Source: Okamejei kenojei (lineage: Eukaryota). From it: a stretch of DNA of 64,000 nt. Numbering within the stretch: the stretch's first letter is position 1; each line of letters starts with the position of its first letter. This document shows, in pieces, positions 39,071 through 50,069 of this stretch. The notes under the pieces are model-generated. The model was not told the DNA's origin, did no database searches, and was given only the letters and a program-made list of their open reading frames with translations. The translations under genes were made by a program, and so were the position numbers. Where the stretch lies: NCBI GenBank assembly GCA_035221665.1, contig CM069157.1, positions 27,528,001 through 27,592,000 of the forward strand, written 5' to 3'.

Positions 39071-39411
39071 AAGCCGAAACCCCAATATCACGGAAGACTA
39101 CAAAAAGATCTCTAATAGTTGTTCTACACCATTTAGGAATCTCCAAACAACAGCAATCTTTGGTGGAATATAAAATAAAAGCAGCATTTCTAAGGGAAGC
39201 TACAGCATTCTATAAAATAATCCCTGATGACAACAGTATTCTGTTCGTGAATTCCTATAACTACAGTGTTCTGCAATTATTTCTTGAAACTGTGGCACGA
39301 TGTAAGGGAGCCCACAAAACCTACAGCATTTTAGAATGGATTCACTAATAACAATGAAACACTATAACAGGATCCCTAATCATATCACCACCCTGTAATG
39401 GAGTTTCTCAT

Positions 39412-39735
39412 GGTGACACAGTGTAGCAGTTAGTTGAGCTGTTGCCACATGACGCCAGAGACCAGGGTTTGATCCTGAACTTGGGTGCTCCCTGTATGGA
39501 GTTTGCACATTGCGCCTGTGACAGCTTGGGTTTCCTCCAGGCGCTCGGGTTTTCTTCCACATCCCAAAAACGTGCAGGTTTGTAGGTTAATTAGCCTCTG
39601 TAAATTGTCTCCAGTATGTAGGGAGTGGATACAAAAGTGGGATAACATACATCGAGTGTGAGCGGGTGAGCAATGGCCGGTGTAGAATCAGTGGGCCGAA
39701 GGGACTGTTTCCGTGTTGTATCTTTCCATTCAAAC
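39412..39735 (+). mobile_element. HE1-like SINE
   Basis: Head, core and tail similarity to the other copies. Confidence 0.75.
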
Positions 39736-39842
39736 AATTAATGAAACGACAGCATTCTATAATAGAATTCCAAGTAGCAGGAGCATTCTGAAACGGAATC
39801 CCGAGTAGCAAAAACAATCAGTAGCGGAACATCAGGTAACAA

Positions 39843-39990
39843 CGGCATTCCTTAACGGAATTCCCGATAACAACAGCATTCCTTAACGGAACCCCCGATA
39901 ATGATGGCATTCCTTAACGGAATCCCCGATAACGGCTGCATTCCTTAACGGAATCCCTGATAACTACAGTGTTCCTTAAAGGAATCCCCC
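39843..39990 (+). repeat. Homogeneous 31-bp tandem repeat (~5 units; cagcattccttaacggaatccccgataacaa)
   Basis: Directly visible; the best-preserved part of the degenerate array. Confidence 0.9.
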
Positions 39991-41339
39991 ACTTGCTGTA
40001 GTGCTCTGTAAGGCAGAGCTCAATAACTATACAAGGCGATTGCCAATAGCTGCTGCAGTTTATAAAGGAACTTCCAAGAGCTTCTGCAATATACAGCTGG
40101 GTGGAATCACTCTGACACCCAAGAGGAAAAGCAACCGCTATGTTAACACTACATTGTGCAGTGCACTCAAGCCTTTGCCCGACTTCAGTTGTCTAGACGG
40201 CCAAGCCACAAAAAGCAACACTCTCCCAGATTTCATCCAGAATGGCGCCCAGAATCCCAGGAATTAGCTGTAATGGGTTGGAACAATCAGCCAGATGGCT
40301 CCGCCTTCATTAGTTGCCATAGCCTCCGCTGAACGGGCAGAACCCACGGACACAATCCGTCCCCACTGCCTGTGCATTGTTGAATGTGCTGGCCCGGCAC
40401 TGACTTGCATTGGCAACTCAACCTTCATTGAAAGTGCCCATGAGAGAGGCACCCACTGCAGCCGGTTAGGTCTGTGCCGCCGGTGATAAGCGCTAATATA
40501 GTTGTTTTAATCAGAGACCTGAGCATGTGTGATGACTTCCCATATGGAAGCCCCTGCTGGCTTGTACACCTTCAAATGCCACAGAGAAAATATGTCTGCA
40601 CCTGCCCGTGTCTGATCTGCCCTCTTCATCCCAACCACTGTGATTTGCAGCAGTGACTAACCCTAGGCCTGGGTGAATGAAGCCTTCACCAATTTTAATG
40701 GTCACCCTGTTATGCCGTTGACCAAATTGGCCAGTTAATGGGTAATTGGCCAGGCTTGTATGGTACCACTGCAGGATGAGTTCTGTATTGGCTCTGCACA
40801 CTTCAAGCTAAGAGCTGGATCCAAGTGCCCCATTTCACGGTGGATTGAGCTGCCAATGCCGTGCATGGAAGTTGCAGCTTGTAAAATCCTGCCTCGACCT
40901 GTGTTCTCGGGAGAGGAAGTCATCCTGAGTAAGGTAGTGAGTAAGGTGGGGAGGTGCGTGCAGAGTTTTCACTGTAGATAATGAATAGTCTCTCTGAATA
41001 TTTGCTATCCCTAGCAGGTTCAGGAACGGAAGAGTTATTACTACTGAAGGAAATAATCAAATGTGGGATGATGTGGGCCGCAATTGCTTAATATGTTGAA
41101 TCCTAACTCAGTACTTTTGCGTGAAAGTTAACCAGGTTCACTTCATCAGCACATATTATGGTAAGGCACTGATTTATTTTCATATTTAGTCTTCGCTGTT
41201 TTATGTGACAGATTGCACACTCAGAGATTTTCAAAGTGGAAAAAGTTATTGCAAGTTATAAAATGTTGAGTTGTGTCAGAGGATTTTTTCTTTGCTGTGG
41301 AATTCATCCAGTTCCAAGTTCCAAGTAAAACAAACCAAA

Positions 41340-41995
41340 ACGTTGCAGAAACAAGGACCTGCAGATGCCGGTTTACAAAGAAGGACACAAAGTGCTGGGT
41401 TGGGCAGCATTCTCTGGAGAACATGGATGGGCGACGTTTCTTCAGACTGACTGGAGGGGTTGGGCGAGGGAAGGAAGGAAAGCTGGGAGAGAGGAGAGGC
41501 ACTACAAAGCGAGGCAGGTAATAGGTTAATGTGGCCGAGGGGGGAGTTTGGAACAAAGACCAGAGATTAAAACAGAAGGTTTGAGGCCAAGGGACTGAAA
41601 AGCTGCGAGTTGTGCAGCCGGAGGAAGAAAAATGGATGGAGCAGGAGGGGGAGAAATGGGTATGAGTGCAGGTGCGGCACCGGGGTGGGGTGGAAGGGGA
41701 GTGTGTTGGGAGAAAGGGGCGTGGCAGAGGGTTGTCTGTCGCGTAAAACGTGGGGAATTTAATGTTCAAAGCATCGGGTTGTAAGCTACCCAAGTGGAAT
41801 ATGAGGTGCTGTTCCTCCAGTTTGCACGTGGCCACACCCTGCCCAGAGCCTCCACCATTGCCAGAGTGAGGACATCTCCTCATATTCCACTCCTGTAGCT
41901 TCCATTTCCTCCACAGATGTTGCCTGGCCCGCTGAATTCCTCCAGCACTTTGTTTTTTTGCACAAGATTCTAGCATCTGCTGTTTCTTGTGTCTC
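41340..41995 (-). mobile_element. Penelope 3' end with short inverted terminal copy
   Basis: CKLEEQHLIFHLGSLQPDALNIKF in ORF 41221-41976. Confidence 0.8.
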
Positions 41996-42184
41996 TAAGA
42001 TCACATCTCACTGGCTTGTTGTTTTCTTTCACACTTTAAAGGACACCCTGGTAAAATTATGATTTGTGACTTCAGAAAACATTGCTGACTGCTCAAGGGC
42101 CCCTCCGACCCACAGCTACAACTAACAGTGCCTTTTCCACCCTTTCGCTGCTGAGATATTTGATGAAAGGGGTGAGTAGGAGAC

Positions 42185-42470
42185 CTCGGTCAGCACTAGA
42201 GTTGCCAGCTTCCAGTGCCCGAGACCTGGGTTCGATCCTGACCTCGGGTGCTGTCTGTACGGAGTTTGCATGTTCTCCCTGTGACCGTGTAGGTTTACTC
42301 CGGGTGCTCCGGTTTCCTACCACATTCCAAAGAAATGCAGGTTTGTAGGTTAATTGGCTTCTGTAAATTGTCTCTGGTGTGTAGGTAGTGCTAATGTATG
42401 GGGTGATTGCTGGTCTGCACGGACTCAGTGGGCCGAAGGGCCTGTTTCCACACTTATCCCTAAAACCTAG
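42185..42470 (+). mobile_element. HE1-like SINE
   Basis: Box B ggttcgatcc, core, tail. Confidence 0.8.
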
Positions 42471-42747
42471 GTTGGGATACGGGGACATGGCCATCAGTGA
42501 GGAGCTGTCTCGCGGAGTGCCATTTGCTCCCTGGTTATCTCTGGTGAACATGACCTTGGCCTTGATGTCCTCACACACACCCACGTGGCATTACATTCGT
42601 AGACCTTCAGACAGTTTTCTGCACGTCAGGGTCATCTTGAGTCTTTCCGCAGGCCTCAACAGATCACTGCCGCTTCTCCTAACTTCATGCTCACTGCACT
42701 GAACATTGCCAACAACGTAGGCACGGAACTAGTAAAGAAATAATGCC

Positions 42748-42938
42748 AAGCTTACAACCCATACGTATAAATATTGAATTCTCCAGCCTCAAATAATAGC
42801 CAAGCTTCCCTTATCTTTTCCATTCCCTGACCGTCGTACGCTCCCTGTTCTCCCATCATCTCCCATCCCCTCCCCCAGTACCCTGCTCCTTTCCCCTCCT
42901 ACGTACATTCATCTCCCATCCCTAAGTCTCCCATTTCC
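42748..42938 (+). mobile_element. Penelope pLTR split by DIRS B (continues 47791-48190)
   Basis: SLQP..NIEFS end, then a pyrimidine UTR that resumes after the DIRS and ends in the CTGATGA..GAAAC terminal motif (~48092). Confidence 0.7.
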
Positions 42939-43136
42939 ATTTTATTTCGGAGTCATGTGAGTGACTACGTGAAGACCCCGTCCAGCACGCATGCGCGACA
43001 TTAGCGTTCATGCAGTGCACCCGCGACGAACGGGAGTTCAAGGCGCTCCCGCTACAAATTGAAAAGTCGGGCCGACAGGTAACTTTTACCGTGGCCATGT
43101 GTCTTTTCTCTGTGGTCTGCTTTATGTTCCAGGAGA

Positions 43137-44376
43137 ATGAGCAAGACCAGAGGGAAGAAATCTGCAGCTCGCCCCCGTTCGTCTTCCATTGAGGAATGTT
43201 CTTTGGAGGAGGGGCAAGAGGCGGCAGGATTGACTACCGAGCTGAGCCCAGCACCGCTAGTGCTGCCTGAGCAGCGGGCTGGAGGTACCTGCAGCCAGAA
43301 GCGGGCGGTAGTATCCGACGATTCGGATGAAGATGCCTCACCGCTCGAGAGCGGCACAGGCAGCCGCCTAAGCCGCATGGAACGGCTTATGGAGCAATTG
43401 CTCCAGCGAGATCTGCTGAGAGAGCAGCAGCAGCCTCGCCAAGGGAGTTCAGGCACTCCCGCAGTGCCCTTTACGGCACTGGCCATTGCTTCACCTTCTT
43501 TTGAAGGCAGCATTGGCGACCAGGTCTGGGCTGGTCAAAGAGGGGTTGCTGGCTGAAGATGTCCGGAGTACGCAGGGTGTACAGGATCAGGAAGAGCTGC
43601 TGGGTGTGGTCAACCGCTACGTGGCCATTCCACGAGCGGGTCGGCCGTTAGAGCCGAAACTTGCAGCCAGCATTGACCACCTGTCCTCAAAACCACTACA
43701 AGAACAGGTGGTCAATGAGGCTCTTGAACAATATACAGCCCCAGAAAATTGTACATCATTGAATGTAAACAGCCAGATTTGGGGACATTTGGGGCAGAAC
43801 ATCAGGAACCTGGAGTTGAAGCTCCAGAAAATCCTTAAACTCCTGACTGCAGAAATAACATCATATGCTCGGTCCATTGATGGTGTGGACATCTCCACAA
43901 ATCAGCAAGACACATTAGCTCTGCTGTGCACCACTCAATATGAGATAAACAATTTGCGGAAGGAAATCATCAAGCCTGCCCTCAACCCTAAGTTTGCGGG
44001 ACTTTGCAAAACACCGGGTTCAGAACCTCCAATTCTGCTCTTTGGAAAGGACCTTCCGAAAAAGGTGAAAGACCTAGAGGAAGAATCCAAGACCTTTGAT
44101 CTCGTGAGGGCAGGTTTGGGACCGAGCAGACCTAACAAACCCAGGCGGCAGTACCCCACGGCGTCCACCAGTCGTCGACCACCATATGCGACTGGTGAAA
44201 GCTCGGGGTCCGCAACCATTCCCCGTAAGCCTTTTTTAGGCCAGGGCCCAGAGTGGACCCCATGGAAAATGCGCCACCCCCAACAACATCAACATCAACA
44301 TCAACATCAACAGCAGCCCTCTACAGCCCAGCAGACGCCTCATCATCCAGTGAAGAGGCAGAAGAAGCACCAGTGA
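43137..44376 (+). pseudogene. DIRS B ORF1 (gag-like), one frameshift near 43540
   Basis: ORFs 43137-43556 and 43486-44376; position before pol; LLFG motif; homologous to decayed ORF1 of copy A (RLE.LVEQL..RD, L.PKLA..ID.L). Confidence 0.8.
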
Positions 44377-44378
44377 CC

Positions 44379-46311
44379 ATGGAGGTAGGTGGGTCTGGTT
44401 CCTCTCAGCATATGAGCAGTAGGGGCTCTATACTAACAGGGGGAAGATTGCACTTGTTTTTGGATGCATGGGAATCCATCACTAATGACAAGTATATACT
44501 CAGCAGCATTCATGGCTATAAAATTGACTTTGTTCATGAAAACATTCCGCCAGTTCAGCATATACACCAAAGGGTATTCACCCTCTCAGTCAAAGAGAAA
44601 CAAGAGGGTCAAGCTGAACTGATGAGGCTACTAGCAAAAGGTGTCATTGAAAGAACAAAACATGAACCTTTGGAATTTGTGTCTAATATTTTCACTAAAA
44701 ATAAACAAGATGGTGGATATCGCATCATCATTGACTTAACTACTTTAAACAAGTCTGTTAAGTATATACATTTCAAGATGGAAACTTTTGACACAGCCAG
44801 ACTATTGATTTCTAGAGGTTACTTTCTAGCAAGCATTGATTTAAAAGATGCCTACTACTCAGTACCCATACACAAGGAACATCGTAAATACTTAAAGTTT
44901 ATCTGGATGAAACAGCTATGGCAATTTAAAGCCTTACCAAATGGACTAACCTCCGCTCCAAGGTTGTTCACTAAAATCTTAAAACCCGCTTTGGCATTAT
45001 TGAGGAAACAAAAGCATATAGTCATGGCGTACTTAGACGACATTTTAATAGTAGGGAAAACCTTGGAGACAGCTATTTTAGCAGTAGCAGCCACCAAATG
45101 TTTGTTTGAAACTTTGGGGTTTGTCATACATCCAGATAAATCCAATTTTACACCGTCCACTACCATGGACTATCTTGGATTTACGATTGATACTGTTTGC
45201 ATGATTGTAACTCTGCCGAAGGGGAAAGCATCAGAATTGGCACTATCTTGCAGTGAACTAATGGATAAACATCAGTCAACCATACGGCAGGTAGCCAGAG
45301 TTATTGGTAAAATGGTAGCAGCTTTTCCAGCTGTACAATTTGGGCCTTTGCACTATCAAAATTTGCAAAGAGCAAAAGTGCACGCACTAAAGCAAAACTC
45401 AGGTCACTTTGACCGAGTTATGAATGTAACTGCTGAATCCATTCCAGATTTACAATGGTGGACAAGGAACGTTAGGCTCAGTTCCAGTCCCATAACAATC
45501 ACCAACCCAGTAATAACCATTCAAACGGATGCCAGTGCTTTGGGCTGGGGAGCAACTAACATGCAATCCAGCACAGGGGGCAGATTGACAATTTCTGAAT
45601 CATCTTGCCTACAGACACGGGGTGTCAACTATTTAGAAATGTTGAGTGCGTTTTATGGTTTAAAAGCATATTCATCTAATACACATCATGCACATGTCCG
45701 GTTGCAATTAGATAATACCACAGTGGTGGCTTATATCAACCACATGGGTGGTGTAAAGTCGATATCGTGTGACAATTTGGTCAACCTAATCTGGCAATGG
45801 TGTGTCGAAAGACATATTTGGTTATCAGCAACTTACCTACCAGGTAAGCAAAATACAGTGGCAGACACCAGGTCACGCAAATTTAATGATAACATCGAAT
45901 GGATGTTAGATCCATGTATTTGCTGAAATTACAAAGCAATATGGCACACCAGATATCGATCTATTTGCATCCAGGCTGAATCACCAGGTACCAACGTATG
46001 TCGCTTGGGAACCAGACCCTGAGGCAGCAGCAGTTGATGCATTCACGCTGCATTGGGGGAAAATGTTCTTTTATGCTTTTCCTCCCTTCTGCCTCATCAG
46101 TCGGGTATTACGCAAGATTCATTTGGATTCCGCTTCAGGAATCTTGATAATACCCGACTGGCCTACACAGCCATGGTTCCCAGTGGCCCTCGACATGGCT
46201 GTCGAAACACCGTTGGAGTTCCCCAGCAGTCCAGAATTATTAATCCACCCAGTGTCAGGCATTAGTCACCCGTGCCATGACAGAGTCAATCTCCTGACTT
46301 GCAGATTCTAA
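44379..46311 (+). pseudogene. DIRS B RT-RNaseH-methyltransferase-like polyprotein (frameshifts near 45915 and 46060)
   Basis: IDLKDAYYSVP, LPNGLTSAPRLF, YLDD (45030-45041), TDAS..GWG, NYLE, DNTT, DLFAS, YAFPPF, PDWPTQPWF. Confidence 0.95.
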
Positions 46312-47283
46312 AAAGACCTCTACTGGGCCTGGGACTGTCTGAGGATGCCATCAACATGATGACCGCATCCCACCGGGAGTCCACCAGGAGACAATACCTG
46401 ACCAACATGAGAAAATGGGAACGGTATTGCTCCAAAACAGTAACTACCCACTCAACAGCTACAGCCACCAGTGTTGTGGAGTTCCTGGTTGGATTACATT
46501 GGAAGGACTCAGCTACAGCGCCATCAATACAGCCAGGAGTGCGTTGTCAGCTTATTTGATTCCAGCAGCAGGACCAACAGGCTTTGGGGTCCCATCCACT
46601 AGTGGTCAAAATCATGAGGGGCATTTTTAACACTAATTCCCAGACCAAGGTACACTCAGATCTGGGATGTCAGCATTGTGCTGACGTACCTTAGGGGATG
46701 GCCACCACCCAGGTCACTCACGCTGGAACAACTTACTCTGAAATCAGTCATGCTCATAGCACTAGTGTCAGCTCAAAGGGTACAGTCCCTCCACCTTCTG
46801 AGGCTGGACAGCATGACAGAGTCATTGGACTGTTTCACATTCCATATTCAGGGACTGGTCAAACAAACTAGACCAGGTACCACACCTCCAGTCATGGAGT
46901 TCCAGGGATATTCATCTGACCCACGGTTGTGTGCCAAGACCCATCTCGCAAATTACATAGACACAACATACAACATAAGAGGGAGAGAAAAAGCCTTATG
47001 GATAAGCCACAAGAAGCCTCAAGGTCAGGTGACGAGCCAAACCATTTCAAGGTGGCTCAAGTAGGTGCTTAAGTCCGCGGGAGTCAATACTAATATTTAC
47101 AAATCTCACTCCACCAGGGCTGCATCTACGTCGGCGGCTAGGCGAATGGATGTGCCTATGGACCATATTCTGGCCAGAGCAGGATGGTCCTTGGAAAGAA
47201 CTTTCCAAAGGTTTTATAATAAGCCGCTGGCGGAACCTGCTACATTTGTAGACAGAATTTTAGAGTCTGCAGATAATATTTAA
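46305..47283 (+). pseudogene. DIRS B tyrosine recombinase (frameshifts, stop at 47062)
   Basis: SAQRVQSL, KSHSTR, AGWSLERTFQRFY. Confidence 0.92.
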
Positions 47284-48290
47284 TTTAAGCCCGGGGGAGC
47301 TCTCTGTTTTTTGTTGTCATTAATAAACCTTTTTTGTTCACAAACAGGTTATTGTTGATTGTGATAACATACTTCCCCCCTCTAAGGTCTTCAGACAGTG
47401 AGTGAAGCATGAGCTGGTACACGGTTCGGAATCACAGAGCTTTGAAGTCTTCACGTAGCCACTCACGTGACTCTGAAATAAAATAGTGAGATTAAATGAG
47501 AACTTACCAGTTCGAAGTTTGATCTGTCTTTTATGAGGAGTTACGATGAGGGATTACAAACCCTCCGCTCCCACCCTCTATTATACAGATCAACTGGAAA
47601 TTACGTTCTTATTTTTTCTTTACTATATTTATTTCAATTGTTGTGTTTTTTCTGTGAATCCACACCGCTGTTTTGAAGAATGTCGCGCATGCGTGTTGGA
47701 CGGGGTCTTCACGTAATCCTTCATCGTAACTCCTCATAAAATACAGATCAAACTTCGAACTGGTAAGTTCTCATTTAATCTCACTATTTTATCCCCCTCT
47801 CTTTTTTCCCCCTCTCCCTGTTCCCTTTCAACCATATCCCTCCCCCTGGCTTCACATTTCACTCCTCCTCTCCTCTCCATATCTGACATCCTTTAATCTT
47901 CTTTTCACCGCGAGCCTTTGTCACTTCCTCCACCCACCATCCAATTGAAATCCCTCTCACCCATATCCGCCCATCTTAGAACAGTACAGCACAGGAACAT
48001 GTCCATGCCTAACATGATGCCAAGTTAAACTAACCAGGCTTTGTCCGGCCCCCACCTCTCTTTCCGGGTTCTCTCCCTTATTCCAATCAGTCTGATGACA
48101 AGACTGGACCTGAAACATTGCCTGTTCATTCCCTCCACAGATGCTGCCTGACCCGGTGAGTTACTCCAGCCCTTCGTGTGTTGCTCAAAAAATAACATAA
48201 ACTATTTTAGAAATTTCACGTGCAGCTTATACATAATATCTTCTTGTATGTTGTCTGAGTGGCTTGCAAAAGTTTCATATCCCTTGAACT

Positions 48291-48989
48291 TTTCCAACAA
48301 CATCTTATAATGGAAGTGAAACTCAATACAGAAGGGAAATCATAATAAAGGCAATATTCTTTGCATACTTTAATGACATCCATTAACTCAGGCAATCTTG
48401 GATAGAAGATCCAATATCCTAGGTTTACCATTAAGGAGTCCTCAATAACTGTGACATTGTGTGATGGGACTCCCATTGACTTCAGAAGGTATATTGGATT
48501 CTCTAACCCTAGAGCATGGAACATGGAACTGTACAGCACGGGAACAGGCCCTTCAGCCCACCATGTCGGTGCTGAACATGATGCCAAGATAAATTAATCC
48601 ATATTCCTCCATTTCATGTATAGGAAGGACCTGCAGATGCTGCTTTAAGCCAAAGGTAGACACATAATGCTGGAGAAACTAAATGGGTTAGACAGCATCT
48701 CCAGAGAAAAGGAATAGGTGACATTTTGGGGTGAGACCCTGCTTCTTCAGTCTGAAGCAGAGTCTCGACCTGAAACGTCACCAATTTATTTTCTCCAGAG
48801 ATCGGTCTGACCCGCTGAGTTACTCCAGCATTTTGCCTCCATCCTTTTCATACTCATTACATAGAGGAGTACAGCACAGGAGCAGGCCCATCGGCCGACA
48901 CAGTCGGTGCTGGTTATGACGCCAAGATAAATTAATCCATACACCCTCCTTTTCATTCCCCTTACAAAGAATAGTACTGCACAGAAAAC
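48291..48989 (+). repeat. ~700-bp direct duplication of 37497-38195
   Basis: Near-identical sequence; the offset is 10794 bp at both ends. Confidence 0.95.
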
Positions 48990-49016
48990 TGTGCAAAAGT
49001 ATTCAGCCCCCCTGAG

Positions 49017-50069
49017 TCAATACTTTGTAGAACCACCTTTCGCTGCAATTACAGCTGCAAGTCTTTTGGGGTATGTCTCTACCAGCTTTGCACATCTAGA
49101 AACTGAAATTTCTGCCCATTCTTCTTTGCAAAATAGCTCAAACTCAGTCAGATTGGATGGAGAGCGTCTGTGAACAGCAATTTTCAAGTCTTGCCAGAGA
49201 TTCTCAATTGGATTTAGGTCTGGACTTTGACTGGGCCATTCTAACACATGAATATGCTTTCATCTAAACCATTCCATTGTAGCTCTGGCTGTATGTTTAG
49301 GGTCGTTGTCCTGCTGGAAGGTGAACCCCTGCCCCAGTCTCAAGTCTTTTGCAGACTCTAACAGGTTTTCTTCCAAGATTGCCCTGTATTTGGCTCCATC
49401 CATCTTCCCATCAACGCTGGCCAGCTTCCCTGTCCCTACTGAAGAAAAGCATCCCCACAGCATGATGCTGCCACCACCATGTTTCACAGTGGGGATGGTG
49501 TGTTCAGGGTGATGTGCAGTGTTAGTTTTCCGCCACACATAGCGTTTTGCATTTAGGCCAAAAACTTCAATTTTGGTGTCATCAGACCAGAGCACCTTCA
49601 TCCACATGTTTGCTGTGTCCCCCACATGGCTTGTGGCAAACTGCAATCAGGACTTCTTATGGCTTTGTTTCAACAATGGCTTTTTTTCTTGCCACTCTTC
49701 TATAAAGGCCCGATTTGTGGAGTGCACGACTAATAGTTGTCCTGTGGACAGATTCTCCCACCTGAGCTGTAGATCTCTGCAGCTCCTCCAGAGTTACCAT
49801 GGGCCTCTTGGTTGCTTCTCTGATCAATGCTCTCCTTGCCTGGCCTGTCAGTTTAGGTGGACGGCCATGTCTTGGTAGGTTTACAGTTGTGCCATACTCT
49901 TTCCATTTTCGGATGATGGATTGAACAGTGCTCTGTGAGATGTTCAAAGCTTGGGATATTTTTTTATCTTGAACATCTCACGGAGCACTGTTCAATCCAT
50001 CATCCGAAAATGGAAAGAGTATGGCACAACTTTATCCATGACCTGTATGGTGTGTTCCTTGGGCTTCAT
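49017..50069 (-). pseudogene. Tc1 transposase 2, disrupted
   Basis: MKPKEHT start, [44 protein letters not shown]. Confidence 0.92.

Larger units (their letters stand above)
27050..40270 (+). repeat. Ancient degenerate ~31-bp satellite (consensus ~CAGCATTCTRTAAGGGAATCCCCAATAACTA), fragmented by TE insertions
   Basis: ~30-31 nt periodic G(G)AATC/AATAACT motifs in the inter-TE segments 27050-27198, 31924-32630, 33380-33760, 36495-36568, 37010-37710, 38320-38660, 39075-39410 and 39740-40100. Confidence 0.6.
42939..47790 (+). mobile_element. DIRS1-like tyrosine-recombinase retrotransposon, copy B (near-intact)
   Basis: ITRs 42966-43002 / 47679-47715; ICR ~47448-47557; ATTTT at both junctions; all ORFs present. 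Confidence 0.97.

Noticed and set aside
45926-47283. Phage/bacterial integrase and adenine methylase (contamination or HGT)
   Set aside because: Both are standard DIRS1 domains lying inside ITR/ICR-bounded elements flanked by vertebrate repeats.
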